From: Acidobacteriota bacterium
GTDB taxonomy: Bacteria > Acidobacteriota > UBA890 > WLXD01
Direction: 5' to 3'
Assembly (NCBI GenBank): GCA_965205505.1
Contig: CBDBHB010000008.1
Coordinates: 1,216,001-1,280,000 of the forward strand
Length of the DNA stretch: 64,000 nucleotides
A program made the position numbers and the translations under genes. Shown piece by piece: positions 1 through 10,319 of the stretch (the first letter of the stretch is position 1; each line of letters starts with the position of its first letter). The notes under the pieces were generated by a model. It was not told where the DNA came from. It did not search any database and worked only from the letters and a program-made list of their open reading frames with translations.

Positions 1-2012
1 ATGTACCTCTCGAACCACTTGCGCAGATACATCTGCGTGCGCAGGAAGTTCGACGGCTTCGATGAAGTGCCGTGCCACTCGTCGTTGAAGCGGATCATCG
101 CGGTCGGCACGCGCATCACCTTGAGCGCCGCGTAGAACTCCTCGGTCTGGGCGATGGGGGTGCGCAGGTCGTTGACGCCGGTCATGAGCATGGTCGGCGT
201 GGTGACGTTGCCGACGTACATGAGCGGTGAGCGACGCAGGTGCTCGCTGGGGTCGTCCCAGGGGAGCTCGTCGAAGTTGCGGTACCAGGAGATGCCGTCG
301 GTGGTGCCGACGAACGACAGCCAGTTGATCACCGGACAGTTCGACGAGGCGGCGGCGAAGCGGTCGGTGTGGCCGACCACCCAGGCGGTGAGCACGCCAC
401 CGCCGGAGCAGCCGTAGACGTACATGTTGCGCTCGTCGATGTACCCATCGGCAATGACGGTGTCGACGCCGGCCATGAGGTCGTCGAAGTCCTTGTCGGG
501 GTAGGCGCGGTTGATGGCGTTGCCGAAGTCGGTGCCGTAGCCGGAGGAACCGCGCGGGTTGGTATAGACGACCACGTAGCCGTTGGCGGCGTGGTTCTGC
601 CAGCCGAAGTTGAAGCCGACGTTGTACATGCCGTGCGGGCCGCCGTGGATGGCGAGCACGAGCGGGTAGCTGCGCGACGGGTCGAAGTCGGGTGGCTTGA
701 TGACCCAGCCCTGGATGTCGAGGTCGCCGGTGGACTTGTAGCTGATCTCGTCGACATCGCCGAGCTGGATGTTGGCCAGGAGGTTCTCGTTGACGTTGGT
801 GAGGCGGCGCAGGTCGCCGGGGTTGTCGACGTCGAAGGCGTAGATGTCGCCGGGCTCGTGCGCGCTGCTCATCGTCGCCACCGCCACGCCACCTTCGCTG
901 ATGTTCGACACTGACATCATGTGGTTGCCGTCGGTCACCTTGACCGGCGGTTCGGAGCCGTCGGCGGGCGCGAAGTAGAGGTTTCGGGTGCCGTGATCGT
1001 TGACGGTGAAGTGGATACCGCTGCTGTCGGCACGCCAGCGCAAGTTGGATGGCGAGCGATCGAGCTCCGGCGTAACGCTGCGCATCATCGAGCCGTCGGA
1101 GCGCATGACGTAGAGCTGCCGCTCGATGTACGTCTGGTCGACGAACTCATTACCGGTGAACGCCACCATGGTGCCGTCGGGCGAGACCACCGGGCCGGAG
1201 TCGGGGCCCTGGCGATCGGTGAGCTGGGTGGTCATCCCCGTGGCCACATCGAGGGCGTAGATGTCGCTCTCGCGCCAGTGATACTCCGCATTCTCCACCA
1301 ACAGGCCGGAGAAGTACATCGTCGCACCGTCGGGCGCCCAGACAGGCGAGCCATGGTCGTAGTCGCCGTGGGTAAGCTGTCGTACCGGGCCTCCATGGGC
1401 GGGCACCACGAAGATGTGCTCGTAGCCGGGGTCGATGAAGCCGCGGCGGTCGCGCTTGTAGTTGGCGCGCTCGACAATGCGCGGCGTGTCGGTCCACTCG
1501 GCGCCGTCGGGCCGGCCCGGCAGGCTGATGGCCCAGTCGCTGTCGGCGTCGACGCGGGTGCGGAAGGCGATGCGCGTGCCATCCGGCGACCAGGAGATAT
1601 CGCGCGGCGTGTCGGTGGCGTGGGTGATCTGGCTGGCGGCGCCCTCGGCATCCATCCAGCGCACCCAGATCTGGCTGCCGCGCGGCTCACCCTCCGCGAG
1701 GTAGGCGATGCGCGTGCCGTCGGGCGACCAGTTCGCGGAGTCGCCCTCGACCAGCTTGCGCTTGCGGGAGCCGTCGCCGTTCATGATCCACAGCTCCGAC
1801 TCGCGCGCGTCGTTCACCACGTCCATCCAGCCGCGCGTGTAGACGACGTGCTGGCCGTTGGGCGAGATCTGCGGCCCGCCGACGAATTGCATCTGCAGGT
1901 AGGTCTCGAGCGTCAGCTTGCTGGGCAGCACCTCCTGCGCCTCGGCGGTCCCAACGAAGGCGGCGAGCGCTGCGACTGTGGTCAGCAACACGAATCCGGG
2001 TCGACGACGCAT
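1..2012 (-). CDS. S9 family peptidase (dipeptidyl aminopeptidase/acylaminoacyl peptidase), secreted; 3' end runs off the window
   Basis: Not in the ORF track because no stop lies in the window. Manual translation from ATG 2012 (SD GAGGAG) gives MRRRPGFVLLTTVAALAAFVGTAEAQ (signal peptide), PD40-like WSPDG repeats, IHGGPH, nucleophile motif VYGCSGGG and C-terminal RFNDEWHG. Confidence 0.92.
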   Translation of the reverse strand, partial: MRRRPGFVLLTTVAALAAFVGTAEAQEVLPSKLTLETYLQMQFVGGPQISPNGQHVVYTRGWMDVVNDARESELWIMNGDGSRKRKLVEGDSANWSPDGTRIAYLAEGEPRGSQIWVRWMDAEGAASQITHATDTPRDISWSPDGTRIAFRTRVDADSDWAISLPGRPDGAEWTDTPRIVERANYKRDRRGFIDPGYEHIFVVPAHGGPVRQLTHGDYDHGSPVWAPDGATMYFSGLLVENAEYHWRESDIYALDVATGMTTQLTDRQGPDSGPVVSPDGTMVAFTGNEFVDQTYIERQLYVMRSDGSMMRSVTPELDRSPSNLRWRADSSGIHFTVNDHGTRNLYFAPADGSEPPVKVTDGNHMMSVSNISEGGVAVATMSSAHEPGDIYAFDVDNPGDLRRLTNVNENLLANIQLGDVDEISYKSTGDLDIQGWVIKPPDFDPSRSYPLVLAIHGGPHGMYNVGFNFGWQNHAANGYVVVYTNPRGSSGYGTDFGNAINRAYPDKDFDDLMAGVDTVIADGYIDERNMYVYGCSGGGVLTAWVVGHTDRFAAASSNCPVINWLSFVGTTDGISWYRNFDELPWDDPSEHLRRSPLMYVGNVTTPTMLMTGVNDLRTPIAQTEEFYAALKVMRVPTAMIRFNDEWHGTSSKPSNFLRTQMYLRKWFERY

Positions 2013-2209
2013 GATGCTCCTCACTACGGGGTACAGAGACGGGGAGAACGATCGTGCCGGCGGACGGCCTCAGCGCATCCTTTAGCACGTCTGTATGGTC
2101 GTTTCCACCGAGCCGAGACGGCGTCCCGGGCCGCGCACGCGGCCGTGAGCCGGGTGAGCCAAGCACATCGTGGTGGACAGGCTCCTTCCAGGTCGCTCGC
2201 CGCCCGTGC

Positions 2210-2317
2210 CCTCACGACGGTGCCAACGTGGTCGACTTCTGGGACCGGCGCCTCGAGTTCCTCGCCGAATACCTCGATCTGAGCGTCGACGCCAGCGGCC
2301 GCGTCGCGGTTCCCTAG
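2210..2317 (+). pseudogene. Possible orphan C-terminal remnant of a hydrolase/peptidase gene
   Basis: ANVVDFWDRRLEFLAEYLDL resembles the terminal helix of S9 peptidases; no credible N-terminal part upstream. Confidence 0.3.
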
Positions 2318-2713
2318 CTAGCGCGGGCGCACCGCACCGATGTCGGTATCGGCGAAGTCATCGCCCTTGAACAGCAGTGGTTCGCCGAGAACATGGGCAA
2401 GTGCGTAGGAGAAGCAGTCGCCGTAGTTCAAGCCCGCCGGATGATGCCCCTTGCCGAAACGCTTGTACGCTCGGCGCGCCACGGTCGCTTGCTCCAGGTC
2501 AACGGCCCGAAGCTCGATGCCGGCTTCATCGATGAAGGCATCCAACTCATAGAGACCGTCGCTGCCGTACCTAGACTCGAAGACGATCGACGCCTCGACG
2601 AAGCTGGCAACAGACAGGTACTTCGACTCCGTTGCTTCGATGGCCTCCGTGAAGGCGAGCTGCTCCGGCTCTGCTTGCAGAATCGCAAGGAGCGCGGAAC
2701 TATCGATCACCAT
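2318..2713 (-). CDS. vapC: VapC PIN-domain toxin
   Basis: MVIDSSALLAIL start, LNYGDCFSYALA and LLFKGDDF PIN motifs; start overlaps the antitoxin stop by 1 nt. Confidence 0.93.
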   Translation of the reverse strand: MVIDSSALLAILQAEPEQLAFTEAIEATESKYLSVASFVEASIVFESRYGSDGLYELDAFIDEAGIELRAVDLEQATVARRAYKRFGKGHHPAGLNYGDCFSYALAHVLGEPLLFKGDDFADTDIGAVRPR

Positions 2714-2967
2714 CAGGTGGGTAGCCCGTGCTCGTCGTAACCCAAGATCTCGTCGGCGCTTCGAGGGTCGAGGACCGGCAGCGCGGCACAGCGACGAGCG
2801 ATCTCATTGAGTCTGTCGGCGAGGCTCACGCCAGTCCGCTCGCGTCGTATCCGCTCGATTCGACTGCGGATCGCTTGTGTTACAGCCTCGGTCTTCGTCT
2901 CACCGGTGAGCTTGGCGAGCTCGGCCGCCAGGCGCTCGGTTTCCGGATTGCGGATGTTCAGGGCCAT
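2713..2967 (-). CDS. vapB: VapB antitoxin (Rv0623-like)
   Basis: MALNIRNPETERLAAELAKLTGETKTEAV...DEILGYDEHGLP; true start is ATG 2967 rather than 3150. Confidence 0.9.
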   Translation of the reverse strand: MALNIRNPETERLAAELAKLTGETKTEAVTQAIRSRIERIRRERTGVSLADRLNEIARRCAALPVLDPRSADEILGYDEHGLPT

Positions 2968-3182
2968 GGAATTCCCTACGTGTAGTAGATGAGCTACACA
3001 GTAACATCCGCCGGGCTCAATCATCAAACTCGTTAGATGGCCGCATCGCATTCGAATCGGCTCTGCGGCACGCATCGGCGGTTTAGTTGGGCCAGACCGG
3101 TTGACATGATCCCCCCACCCCGCACCATAGCCAGGTGCGCGAGCCTTCAAGTTCCAATCGCCGTCCTACGCGGGAGTCCCCA

Positions 3183-4316
3183 ATGCGTGTTTCCAGAGCC
3201 CCATTGCTCAGCGCGGCCGTAGCATCGCTGGTGGCCATCCTGGCTCTGTTCAGCGTCTCGCTCACTACCTCGGCTCTGGCCCAGTCCGAGACCAAGCGCT
3301 ACCTCTATCTGAGCACGCCCGACGACGCGCAGCGGGTGGGGCGCGCCGATGGGGCGGGGATTCTGATCTACGACATCGACAACGGGCACGAGCTGATGCG
3401 GCGAATCGACATCCCGGTCTTCGAGGAAGGCCTGCGGGGTTTCGCTGCCAGCCTGATCAACCATGCGGCGTACTACTCCACGACGCACCGGCGGGTCGGC
3501 GCCTTCGATCTGGAGAGCGAAGAGATCGTCTGGGAGCACACCTATCCGAGCGGGGCCGACCGCTCCTCGATCACGATGGACGGCAGCAAGGTCTACGTGC
3601 CGACCGGCTGGTGGTACATCGGCCCCGACAGCGGGATGCTGGTGCTCGATGCGCGGGACGGCAAGCTGCTGAACAAGATCGCCGACAGTCCTCGGGCACA
3701 CAACAGCATCGTCAGCCTCGACGGACGGAGGCTCTATCTCGGTAGCGAGACCACGCTCAGCGTCTATGACACAGCCGACGACAAGAGGTTGATGCAGATC
3801 CAGGAAGTCGGCGAAGCGGCAATCTTCCCGTTCACGATCAACTCGGCACAGACGATCGCCTACGTCTGCCTGTTCGACCACATCGGGTTCGACGTGGTCG
3901 ACCTCACCACCGGACAGGCGATCCACCGCGTGCTTGCCGACGACGGGAACATCCTTCACCGCACCCACGGCGTGGCACTGACTCCCGACGAGACGGAGCT
4001 GTGGATCAGCGACCAGGTGGGCAACAAGCTCTTCTACTACGACGCCACCGTGATGCCTCCAGTCCAGAAAGGCCAGCTCGAGCTCACACAGGGCGGGCAC
4101 GGCTGGGTCACCTTCAGCCTCGACGGCAAGTACGCCTGGACGCACACGCCGGACGTGTTCGACGTCGCCACCAAGCAGAAGATCGCGACGCTGCGCGACG
4201 AGAACGGCCGACCCGTCAGCGGCTCCAAGTACTTCGAGGTCCACTTCCGCGACGGCAAGGTGGTGGAGGTGGGCAACGAGTTCGGGCTGGGCCGGAAGAA
4301 CGTTCCTTTGGACTGA
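3183..4316 (+). CDS. Secreted YncE/YVTN-like beta-propeller protein
   Basis: Signal peptide ending SALA-Q; repeated blades (SITMDGSKVYV, IVSLDGRRLYL, HGVALTPDETELW, FSLDGKYAW). Confidence 0.75.
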   Translation: MRVSRAPLLSAAVASLVAILALFSVSLTTSALAQSETKRYLYLSTPDDAQRVGRADGAGILIYDIDNGHELMRRIDIPVFEEGLRGFAASLINHAAYYSTTHRRVGAFDLESEEIVWEHTYPSGADRSSITMDGSKVYVPTGWWYIGPDSGMLVLDARDGKLLNKIADSPRAHNSIVSLDGRRLYLGSETTLSVYDTADDKRLMQIQEVGEAAIFPFTINSAQTIAYVCLFDHIGFDVVDLTTGQAIHRVLADDGNILHRTHGVALTPDETELWISDQVGNKLFYYDATVMPPVQKGQLELTQGGHGWVTFSLDGKYAWTHTPDVFDVATKQKIATLRDENGRPVSGSKYFEVHFRDGKVVEVGNEFGLGRKNVPLD

Positions 4317-4371
4317 TCGGCTGTCGATCCGACAACCGCGCGCTTCGAACCGCTGCAATTTGGAGTCCTCC

Positions 4372-7300
4372 ATGCGTTTCTCGCGTATCCCCTCCCTCAG
4401 GCTCTTCGCCTCGCTGATGTCGGCCCTCGTGGCCGTCGCCTCCATGTCCACCGCGGGAGCTGCACCCCAGACCGATACCGACCCCAACACCATCGTCGAT
4501 CCGGCCCTCTATCAATCGCTGCGCTTCCGCTTCCTGGGCCCCTATCGGGGTGGGCGATCCGGCGCCGTCATGGGCGTTCCCGGCGAGCCGCACACCTTCT
4601 ACCTGGGCGCCTCGGGCGGGCTCTATAAGACCACCAACGCCGGCGAGACCTGGAACGTCATCTCCGACGAGCACTTCGAGGTGAGCACCATCGGCGCCAT
4701 CGCGGTGGCGCCGTCGGACACCAACGTCGTCTACGTGGGCACGGGTCAGAAGACCATCCGCAGCAACGTGTCGATCGGCAAGGGTATGTACCGCTCCACC
4801 GACGCCGGCCGCAGCTGGACCCACATCGGACTGCGCGATGCCGGACAGATCGGGCGCATCCGGGTACACCCGGACGATCCGGACCTGGTCTACGTGGCGG
4901 TGATCGGCAACCCGTTCGGGCGCAGCGAGACACGCGGGGTATTCCGCTCGCGCGACGGCGGTGACAACTGGGAGAAGGTCCTCTACTTCGACGATGACAC
5001 CGGTTCGAGCGAGCTGGAGCTCGACCTGTCGAACCCGCGCAACCTGTACGCCACCGCCTGGACCGTCGAGCGCAAGCCGTGGACGATCATCTCGGGCGGC
5101 GACGACGACGGCATCTACAAGAGCACCGATGGCGGCGACACCTGGAAGCGGCTCGCCGGTGGGCTCCCCGAGACCACGATGGGCAAGATCGGGCTGACGC
5201 TGTCGGCGTCGAACCCCGACAAGCTCTATGCGCTGGTTGAGACCGACCCCGAGGTGTCGGGACTCTATATCTCCGATGACGCCGGCGAGACCTGGCGGCT
5301 GCAGGAGACCAACGTCGGCCGCAACCTGTACGAGCGCTCCTGGTACTACACCCACATCTTCGTTGATCCGCAGAATGAGAACCTCGTCTACGCGTTGGCC
5401 GTGGGCTTGTTCAAATCCACCGACGGTGGGCGCACGTGGGAGCGCCGCAGTGCCCCGCACGGGGACTTTCACGATCTGTGGATCAACCCGAACGACTCCG
5501 ACATCCTGGCCATCGCTGACGACGGTGGGGTGCAGGTGACGCTCGATCAGATGAACACCTGGACGACGTATCTGAACCAGCCGACCGCGGAGATCTACAA
5601 CATCTTCGTCGACAACCTGTTCCCCTATCACGTGTACGGATCGCAGCAGGACAACTCCACCATCCGACTCCCGAGCCAGTTCCAGGGCGCCCTGACGCCC
5701 TACGGTTACTGGCGCAGCGTGGGCGGCTGCGAGTCGGCGCACATCGGCTTCGACCCCGACAACCCGGTGGAGATCTACGCCGGCTGCTACTCGGGCGAGA
5801 TCAGCCGGGTGAACCTGGTGACCGGCGACCGGCAGGCGATCATGGTGTACCCGCAGATGGAGTTCGGGCTGCCGGCCTCCGACCTGAAGTTCCGCTTCAA
5901 CTGGAACGCGCCCATCCGCATGTCGCCGTATGACCAGTCGGTCGTCTACCACAGCGCCCAGCGTGTCGTGCGGACACGCGACGGCGGCCACAGCTGGGAG
6001 GTGATCAGCCCCGACCTGACGACGAACGACCCCGAGACGCAGATTCGTTCCGGGGCGCCGATCACGTACGAGGACACCGGCGGCGAGGTCTACAACACGA
6101 TCTTCGCGTTCGAAGAGTCGTTCTACGAGAAGGACCTGCTGTGGGTGGGCACCGACGACGGCAAGGTGTGGGTGTCGCGCGACGCAGGTGGCAACTGGAG
6201 CGACATCACGCCACCGGGCATGCCGGCACGCGGCACGGTCAACAACATCGAGCTGTCGGCGCATGATCCGGGGCGCATCTTCGTGCCGGTGAAAGCGTTC
6301 ATGCTCGACAACTGGGAGCCTTACATCTTCGCCACCAGCAACTACGGCGCCAGCTGGACGCGGCTCACCACGGGAGACAACGGCATCCCGGCCGACACAC
6401 CGGTGCGCATCGTGCGCGAGGACCCCGAGGTGCGCGGGCTGCTCTACGCCGGCACCGAGTTCGGCCTCTACGTGTCGTTCGACGACGGGACCCACTGGCA
6501 GAAGATGCAGCTGAACCTGCCGCCGATCCCGATCACCGACATGCGCGTGCACCGCAACGACCTGGTGATCTCCACCCAGGGGCGCGGCATTTACGTCCTC
6601 GACGACATCACACCGCTGCGCCAGGCGCGCCAGGCGCATGCAGCGATCGTCGACGGCTCCGCACCGGCCCACCTCTTCCCTCCCCGCGAAACGGTGCAGG
6701 CGTTCACCAGCGGTCGCTCGGGGCCGGAGGCGCGGAGCGGCGAGAATCCGCCGGCCGGGGTGCAGATCTTCTACGCGCTGCAGGCCGACGCTGCTGCGGC
6801 GGCTGAGGACGACGACGACGCGGGCGCAGCAGATCAGGACGACGCGCTGACGCTCGAGATCTTCGGGCCCAATGGCGATCTCGTGCACACCTTCCACAGC
6901 CACCGCGATCCCGAGTCCAACCCCCGGGACATCGACTTCGCCTCACGTGGCCAGATCCGATTGACCGCCGACACAGGCATGAACCGCTTCCTGTGGAACA
7001 CGCGCTACCCGCCCATCGACCGGCCCGACGGCATGGTGATCTACGGTCTGACCCACGGCCCGCGCACCATCCCGGGCGAGCACCGTGTGCGGCTGTCGAT
7101 CGGAGATTGGAGCCAGGAGGCAACGTTCCAGATCGTCGGCGATCCGCGCCTCGACACGCCGCAGGCGCATCACGATGAGCGGCTGGAGATGGAGCTGCGC
7201 ATGCGCGACGACCTGCAGGCGGTCTTCGGCGCGATTCGCACCCTGTCGTCGGTGCGCGATCAGATCGGCAACCGTCTCGACAGCATGCGCGCGGCTGGAA

Positions 7301-7638
7301 TCGATCTTTCCGAGATCGAACCGGCGGCAAAGTCGATCACCGAGCACCTCGGCGAGCTCGAACTGCTGCTGTGGAACCCGAAAATCGAAGGCTACAACGA
7401 CATCCACCACTTCGTCGCCGGCTACGACACCAAGGTGGCGTACCTGTACGACAAGGTGGACTCATCGGATCACCGCCCCACCACTGGGCAGCGCCTGCGC
7501 TACGAGGAGCTACACGCCGAGCTCGAGAAGCTGTTCGCTCAGCTAGAGGAGTTCTATGCCTCCGACGTCGCGGCGCTCGGCCAGATGATGCGGGACTCCG
7601 GGGCGATGCCGGTGCAGATGTCGAAGCAGCAGCGCTAG
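4372..7638 (+). CDS. Large secreted VPS10/sortilin-like (BNR/Asp-box repeat) glycosyl hydrolase-like protein
   Basis: Signal peptide, FRFLGPYRGGRS and many S-x-D-x-G-x-T-W Asp boxes. Confidence 0.85.
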   Translation: MRFSRIPSLRLFASLMSALVAVASMSTAGAAPQTDTDPNTIVDPALYQSLRFRFLGPYRGGRSGAVMGVPGEPHTFYLGASGGLYKTTNAGETWNVISDEHFEVSTIGAIAVAPSDTNVVYVGTGQKTIRSNVSIGKGMYRSTDAGRSWTHIGLRDAGQIGRIRVHPDDPDLVYVAVIGNPFGRSETRGVFRSRDGGDNWEKVLYFDDDTGSSELELDLSNPRNLYATAWTVERKPWTIISGGDDDGIYKSTDGGDTWKRLAGGLPETTMGKIGLTLSASNPDKLYALVETDPEVSGLYISDDAGETWRLQETNVGRNLYERSWYYTHIFVDPQNENLVYALAVGLFKSTDGGRTWERRSAPHGDFHDLWINPNDSDILAIADDGGVQVTLDQMNTWTTYLNQPTAEIYNIFVDNLFPYHVYGSQQDNSTIRLPSQFQGALTPYGYWRSVGGCESAHIGFDPDNPVEIYAGCYSGEISRVNLVTGDRQAIMVYPQMEFGLPASDLKFRFNWNAPIRMSPYDQSVVYHSAQRVVRTRDGGHSWEVISPDLTTNDPETQIRSGAPITYEDTGGEVYNTIFAFEESFYEKDLLWVGTDDGKVWVSRDAGGNWSDITPPGMPARGTVNNIELSAHDPGRIFVPVKAFMLDNWEPYIFATSNYGASWTRLTTGDNGIPADTPVRIVREDPEVRGLLYAGTEFGLYVSFDDGTHWQKMQLNLPPIPITDMRVHRNDLVISTQGRGIYVLDDITPLRQARQAHAAIVDGSAPAHLFPPRETVQAFTSGRSGPEARSGENPPAGVQIFYALQADAAAAAEDDDDAGAADQDDALTLEIFGPNGDLVHTFHSHRDPESNPRDIDFASRGQIRLTADTGMNRFLWNTRYPPIDRPDGMVIYGLTHGPRTIPGEHRVRLSIGDWSQEATFQIVGDPRLDTPQAHHDERLEMELRMRDDLQAVFGAIRTLSSVRDQIGNRLDSMRAAGIDLSEIEPAAKSITEHLGELELLLWNPKIEGYNDIHHFVAGYDTKVAYLYDKVDSSDHRPTTGQRLRYEELHAELEKLFAQLEEFYASDVAALGQMMRDSGAMPVQMSKQQR

Positions 7639-7706
7639 TGGCCTGTAACAGATGATCGTTGCGTATCGCAAATGGGATTTGCGGGTGAGATCAAGGCGCG
7701 GCGAGG
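7635..7706 (+). repeat. Truncated left end of MITE-like element, family A
   Basis: CTAGTGGCCTGTAACAGATGATCGTTGCGTATCG... is near-identical to 35314 onward and 50762 onward; its CTAG contains the upstream gene's TAG stop. Confidence 0.85.
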
Positions 7707-7825
7707 CGGCGCCGCGGAGACGGCGGCGAGGCTTGGCGGTCGCACCCCCGCGGATCTGGACGCTCAGCGTGCTATTTTGGGCGGTGCAAAACCTCGCTGA
7801 ACTGTGGGGGGGCCGTGCGCCAACC

Positions 7826-10300
7826 ATGAAGACAGTCGCCGTACGTGCTGCGGTCGTCGCTATCTGGCTCGCCGCCGGATGTCAGCCCGCCGGGATTGGT
7901 GCGGCCGGCTGGCCGACAGCAAACGTGCTCTCGGCCGCGAACACGCTCGCCGTCACCCGCTGGGCCGCTGCAACCTCCCCGACTCGCCCTTCGGAGCTGA
8001 ACCCGGTCATCCGGCAGTATCCGGTCATCCGGCAGTATTGCGTCCGGTGCCACAACGACCAGATGCTGCGGGGCAATCTTTCGCTCGAAACGTTCGACGC
8101 CGCTGCGGCGCACGAGCGCGCCGCAACGGCCGAGAAGATGATCGTCAAGCTCCGGGCCGGGATGATGCCCCCGCCCGGCGCCCGCCGGCCGACCGGAGAT
8201 ACGCTCCTGACGCTCGTCGAGACGCTCGAGAACGTGGTCGACGAGGCCGCCGCGGTCAATCCGAATCCCGGCGCCCGCCGATTCCAGCGGCTCAATCGGG
8301 CCGAGTACGAACGCGTGATCCGCGATCTCCTGGCGCTCGAGGTGGACGCTAGCCGGTGGCTTCCCGCCGACACCTACTTGGGCAACTTCGACAACATGTC
8401 GGACGCGCAGGGACTTTCGACCACGTTGCTCGAAGCGTACCTGCGGGCCGCAACGGACGTCAGTCGCCTGGCCGTCGGTAACCCGGCGGCCCTGCCCAAG
8501 AGTGCGAAGTACACGAACCCGATCGAGGTCTCGCAACACGCCTGGGACCACATCGAGGGGGCCCCCTACGGGACGCGGGGCGGAATGGTCGTCACCCACA
8601 ACTTCGCCGCCGACGGGGAGTATGTCTTCTCGATCGAGACCCTGTTCGGCAACGGTACCGGATTCGAGGATATCGATATCTCGATCGACGGCGAGGGCGT
8701 GGCTCACCTCGGTCTGGCACACGGCGCCGCCTCGGGCCTCCCGATCCGGACGAAGCCGATCCTCGTTCGTGCTGGCCAGCGCCGAGTCTCGGCAGCATTC
8801 GTCCGCAAGATCGAAGGTCCTTACGAGGATCGTCTGAGCCCACACGCGTGGTCCTTCGTCGGGGGCGAGGACTCTGTGGCCTGGGCCAACTACGGAATCA
8901 CGGCGTTACAGCACCTCAGCAATCTCATGATCACGGGACCTCAGCGATCCCGTGGTCTCTCGGCGACCGCCAGTCGCGAGCGGATCTTCAGCTGCCGTCC
9001 GTCGTCCGCCGGACAAGAGCGTCCGTGCGCCGAAGCGATCGTCTCGCGCCTCGCTCGGGAGGCATACCGCCGGCCGGTCACGGCGGAAGACCTCGCCGGC
9101 CCGATGTCGTTCTATGATCACGCCGCCGTGGAAGAAGGGTTCGAAGTCGGGGTCCGAACCGCTCTTCAGGCGGTCCTTGCGAGCCCGCTTTTCATATTCC
9201 GCCTCGAGCAGGCACCCACCGACGTGCGGCCGGGGGCGAGCTATCGTTTGAGCGACCTCGATCTCGCCACCCGCCTCTCGTTCTTCCTGTGGGCCACGAG
9301 CCCGGACGACGAGCTGCTCGCGCTGGCGGCGGCCGGCCGGCTTTCCGAGCCAAACGCATTGGAACAGCAGGTCGAACGGATGTTGGACGACCCGCGCTCG
9401 GAGGCGCTCACTACGCGCTTCGCGTCGCAGTGGCTGCGCCTGCAGGACGCGGAGGACAACCAGCCGGAGCCCTACCTGTACCCTGATTTCACCGGCCAGC
9501 TGAACGACGACTTGGTGCGGGAGACACAGCTCTTCTTCGACAACCTCGTCCGCGAGGATCGCAGCTTTCTGGAGCTGCTCACAGCGGACTACACATTCCT
9601 CAACGAGCGCCTGGCGCGTCACTACGGGATTCCCGGCGTATCGGGCGACCAGTTCCGTCGTGTCACCTACCCTGACAACATGCGACGCGGCATCTTGGGC
9701 CACGGGAGCGTCCTGTTGCTGACGTCGATGTCGGCCCGCACCTCTCCCGTGCTCCGCGGCAAGTGGGTGATGGAGGTGCTCATGGGGACGCCGCCGCCCC
9801 CGCCGCCCCCCGACATTCCGGCGTTCGAGGACACCAAGAGCGCCGCGCAGGGCCGGCAGCTGACTACACGCGAGCGGCTGGAGATCCACCGCGCCAACCC
9901 GACCTGCCACGCCTGCCACCGGTTCATGGACCCGATCGGCCTGGCGCTGGACAACTACGACGTGACGGGCCGATTGCGAATCCGCGAGAACGGCGCCCCG
10001 CTCGACACGCGGGGCACCTTCTATGACGGCACCGACGTGAGCACCCCGAGCGAGCTCGTGGACCTGCTCATGAAGCGTCCGATCCCACTGGTACGGAACT
10101 TCGCCACGAACCTACTCGCGTATGCCATGGGTCGACGCGTCGAGTATTACGATCAACCCCAGATTCGCGACCTCGTGCGTGCAGCGGAGGCCAACGACTA
10201 CCGGATGTCTTCGTTCATCCTGGGGGTCGTGAAGAGCGTTCCGTTCCGGATGATGCGATCTGCAACGGTGGTCGACCAACAGACCGAGCCAGGCAACTAG
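7826..10300 (+). CDS. Planctomycete-type cytochrome c / DUF1587-DUF1592-DUF1588-DUF1585 (PSD/PSCyt) protein
   Basis: CVRCH and CHACH heme motifs, RLNRAEY, LATRLSFFLW, RTSPVLRGKWV. The ORF-track extension to 7652 is repeat-derived. Confidence 0.88.
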   Translation: MKTVAVRAAVVAIWLAAGCQPAGIGAAGWPTANVLSAANTLAVTRWAAATSPTRPSELNPVIRQYPVIRQYCVRCHNDQMLRGNLSLETFDAAAAHERAATAEKMIVKLRAGMMPPPGARRPTGDTLLTLVETLENVVDEAAAVNPNPGARRFQRLNRAEYERVIRDLLALEVDASRWLPADTYLGNFDNMSDAQGLSTTLLEAYLRAATDVSRLAVGNPAALPKSAKYTNPIEVSQHAWDHIEGAPYGTRGGMVVTHNFAADGEYVFSIETLFGNGTGFEDIDISIDGEGVAHLGLAHGAASGLPIRTKPILVRAGQRRVSAAFVRKIEGPYEDRLSPHAWSFVGGEDSVAWANYGITALQHLSNLMITGPQRSRGLSATASRERIFSCRPSSAGQERPCAEAIVSRLAREAYRRPVTAEDLAGPMSFYDHAAVEEGFEVGVRTALQAVLASPLFIFRLEQAPTDVRPGASYRLSDLDLATRLSFFLWATSPDDELLALAAAGRLSEPNALEQQVERMLDDPRSEALTTRFASQWLRLQDAEDNQPEPYLYPDFTGQLNDDLVRETQLFFDNLVREDRSFLELLTADYTFLNERLARHYGIPGVSGDQFRRVTYPDNMRRGILGHGSVLLLTSMSARTSPVLRGKWVMEVLMGTPPPPPPPDIPAFEDTKSAAQGRQLTTRERLEIHRANPTCHACHRFMDPIGLALDNYDVTGRLRIRENGAPLDTRGTFYDGTDVSTPSELVDLLMKRPIPLVRNFATNLLAYAMGRRVEYYDQPQIRDLVRAAEANDYRMSSFILGVVKSVPFRMMRSATVVDQQTEPGN

Positions 10301-10319
10301 AACCAGGACACTGAAAGCC

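Noticed and set aside
154-2282. Long + strand ORFs (240-914, 921-2282)
   Set aside because: Antisense shadows of the minus-strand S9 peptidase, which carries the recognisable motifs.
4216-6903. 895-aa minus-strand ORF
   Set aside because: Shadow of the VPS10-like gene; high-GC codon bias suppresses stops on the opposite strand and no motifs are present.
7652-7825. Recurring N-terminal peptide MIVAYR.WDLRVRSRRGE (also at 35331 and 50779)
   Set aside because: Translation of the family A repeat, not a protein family.
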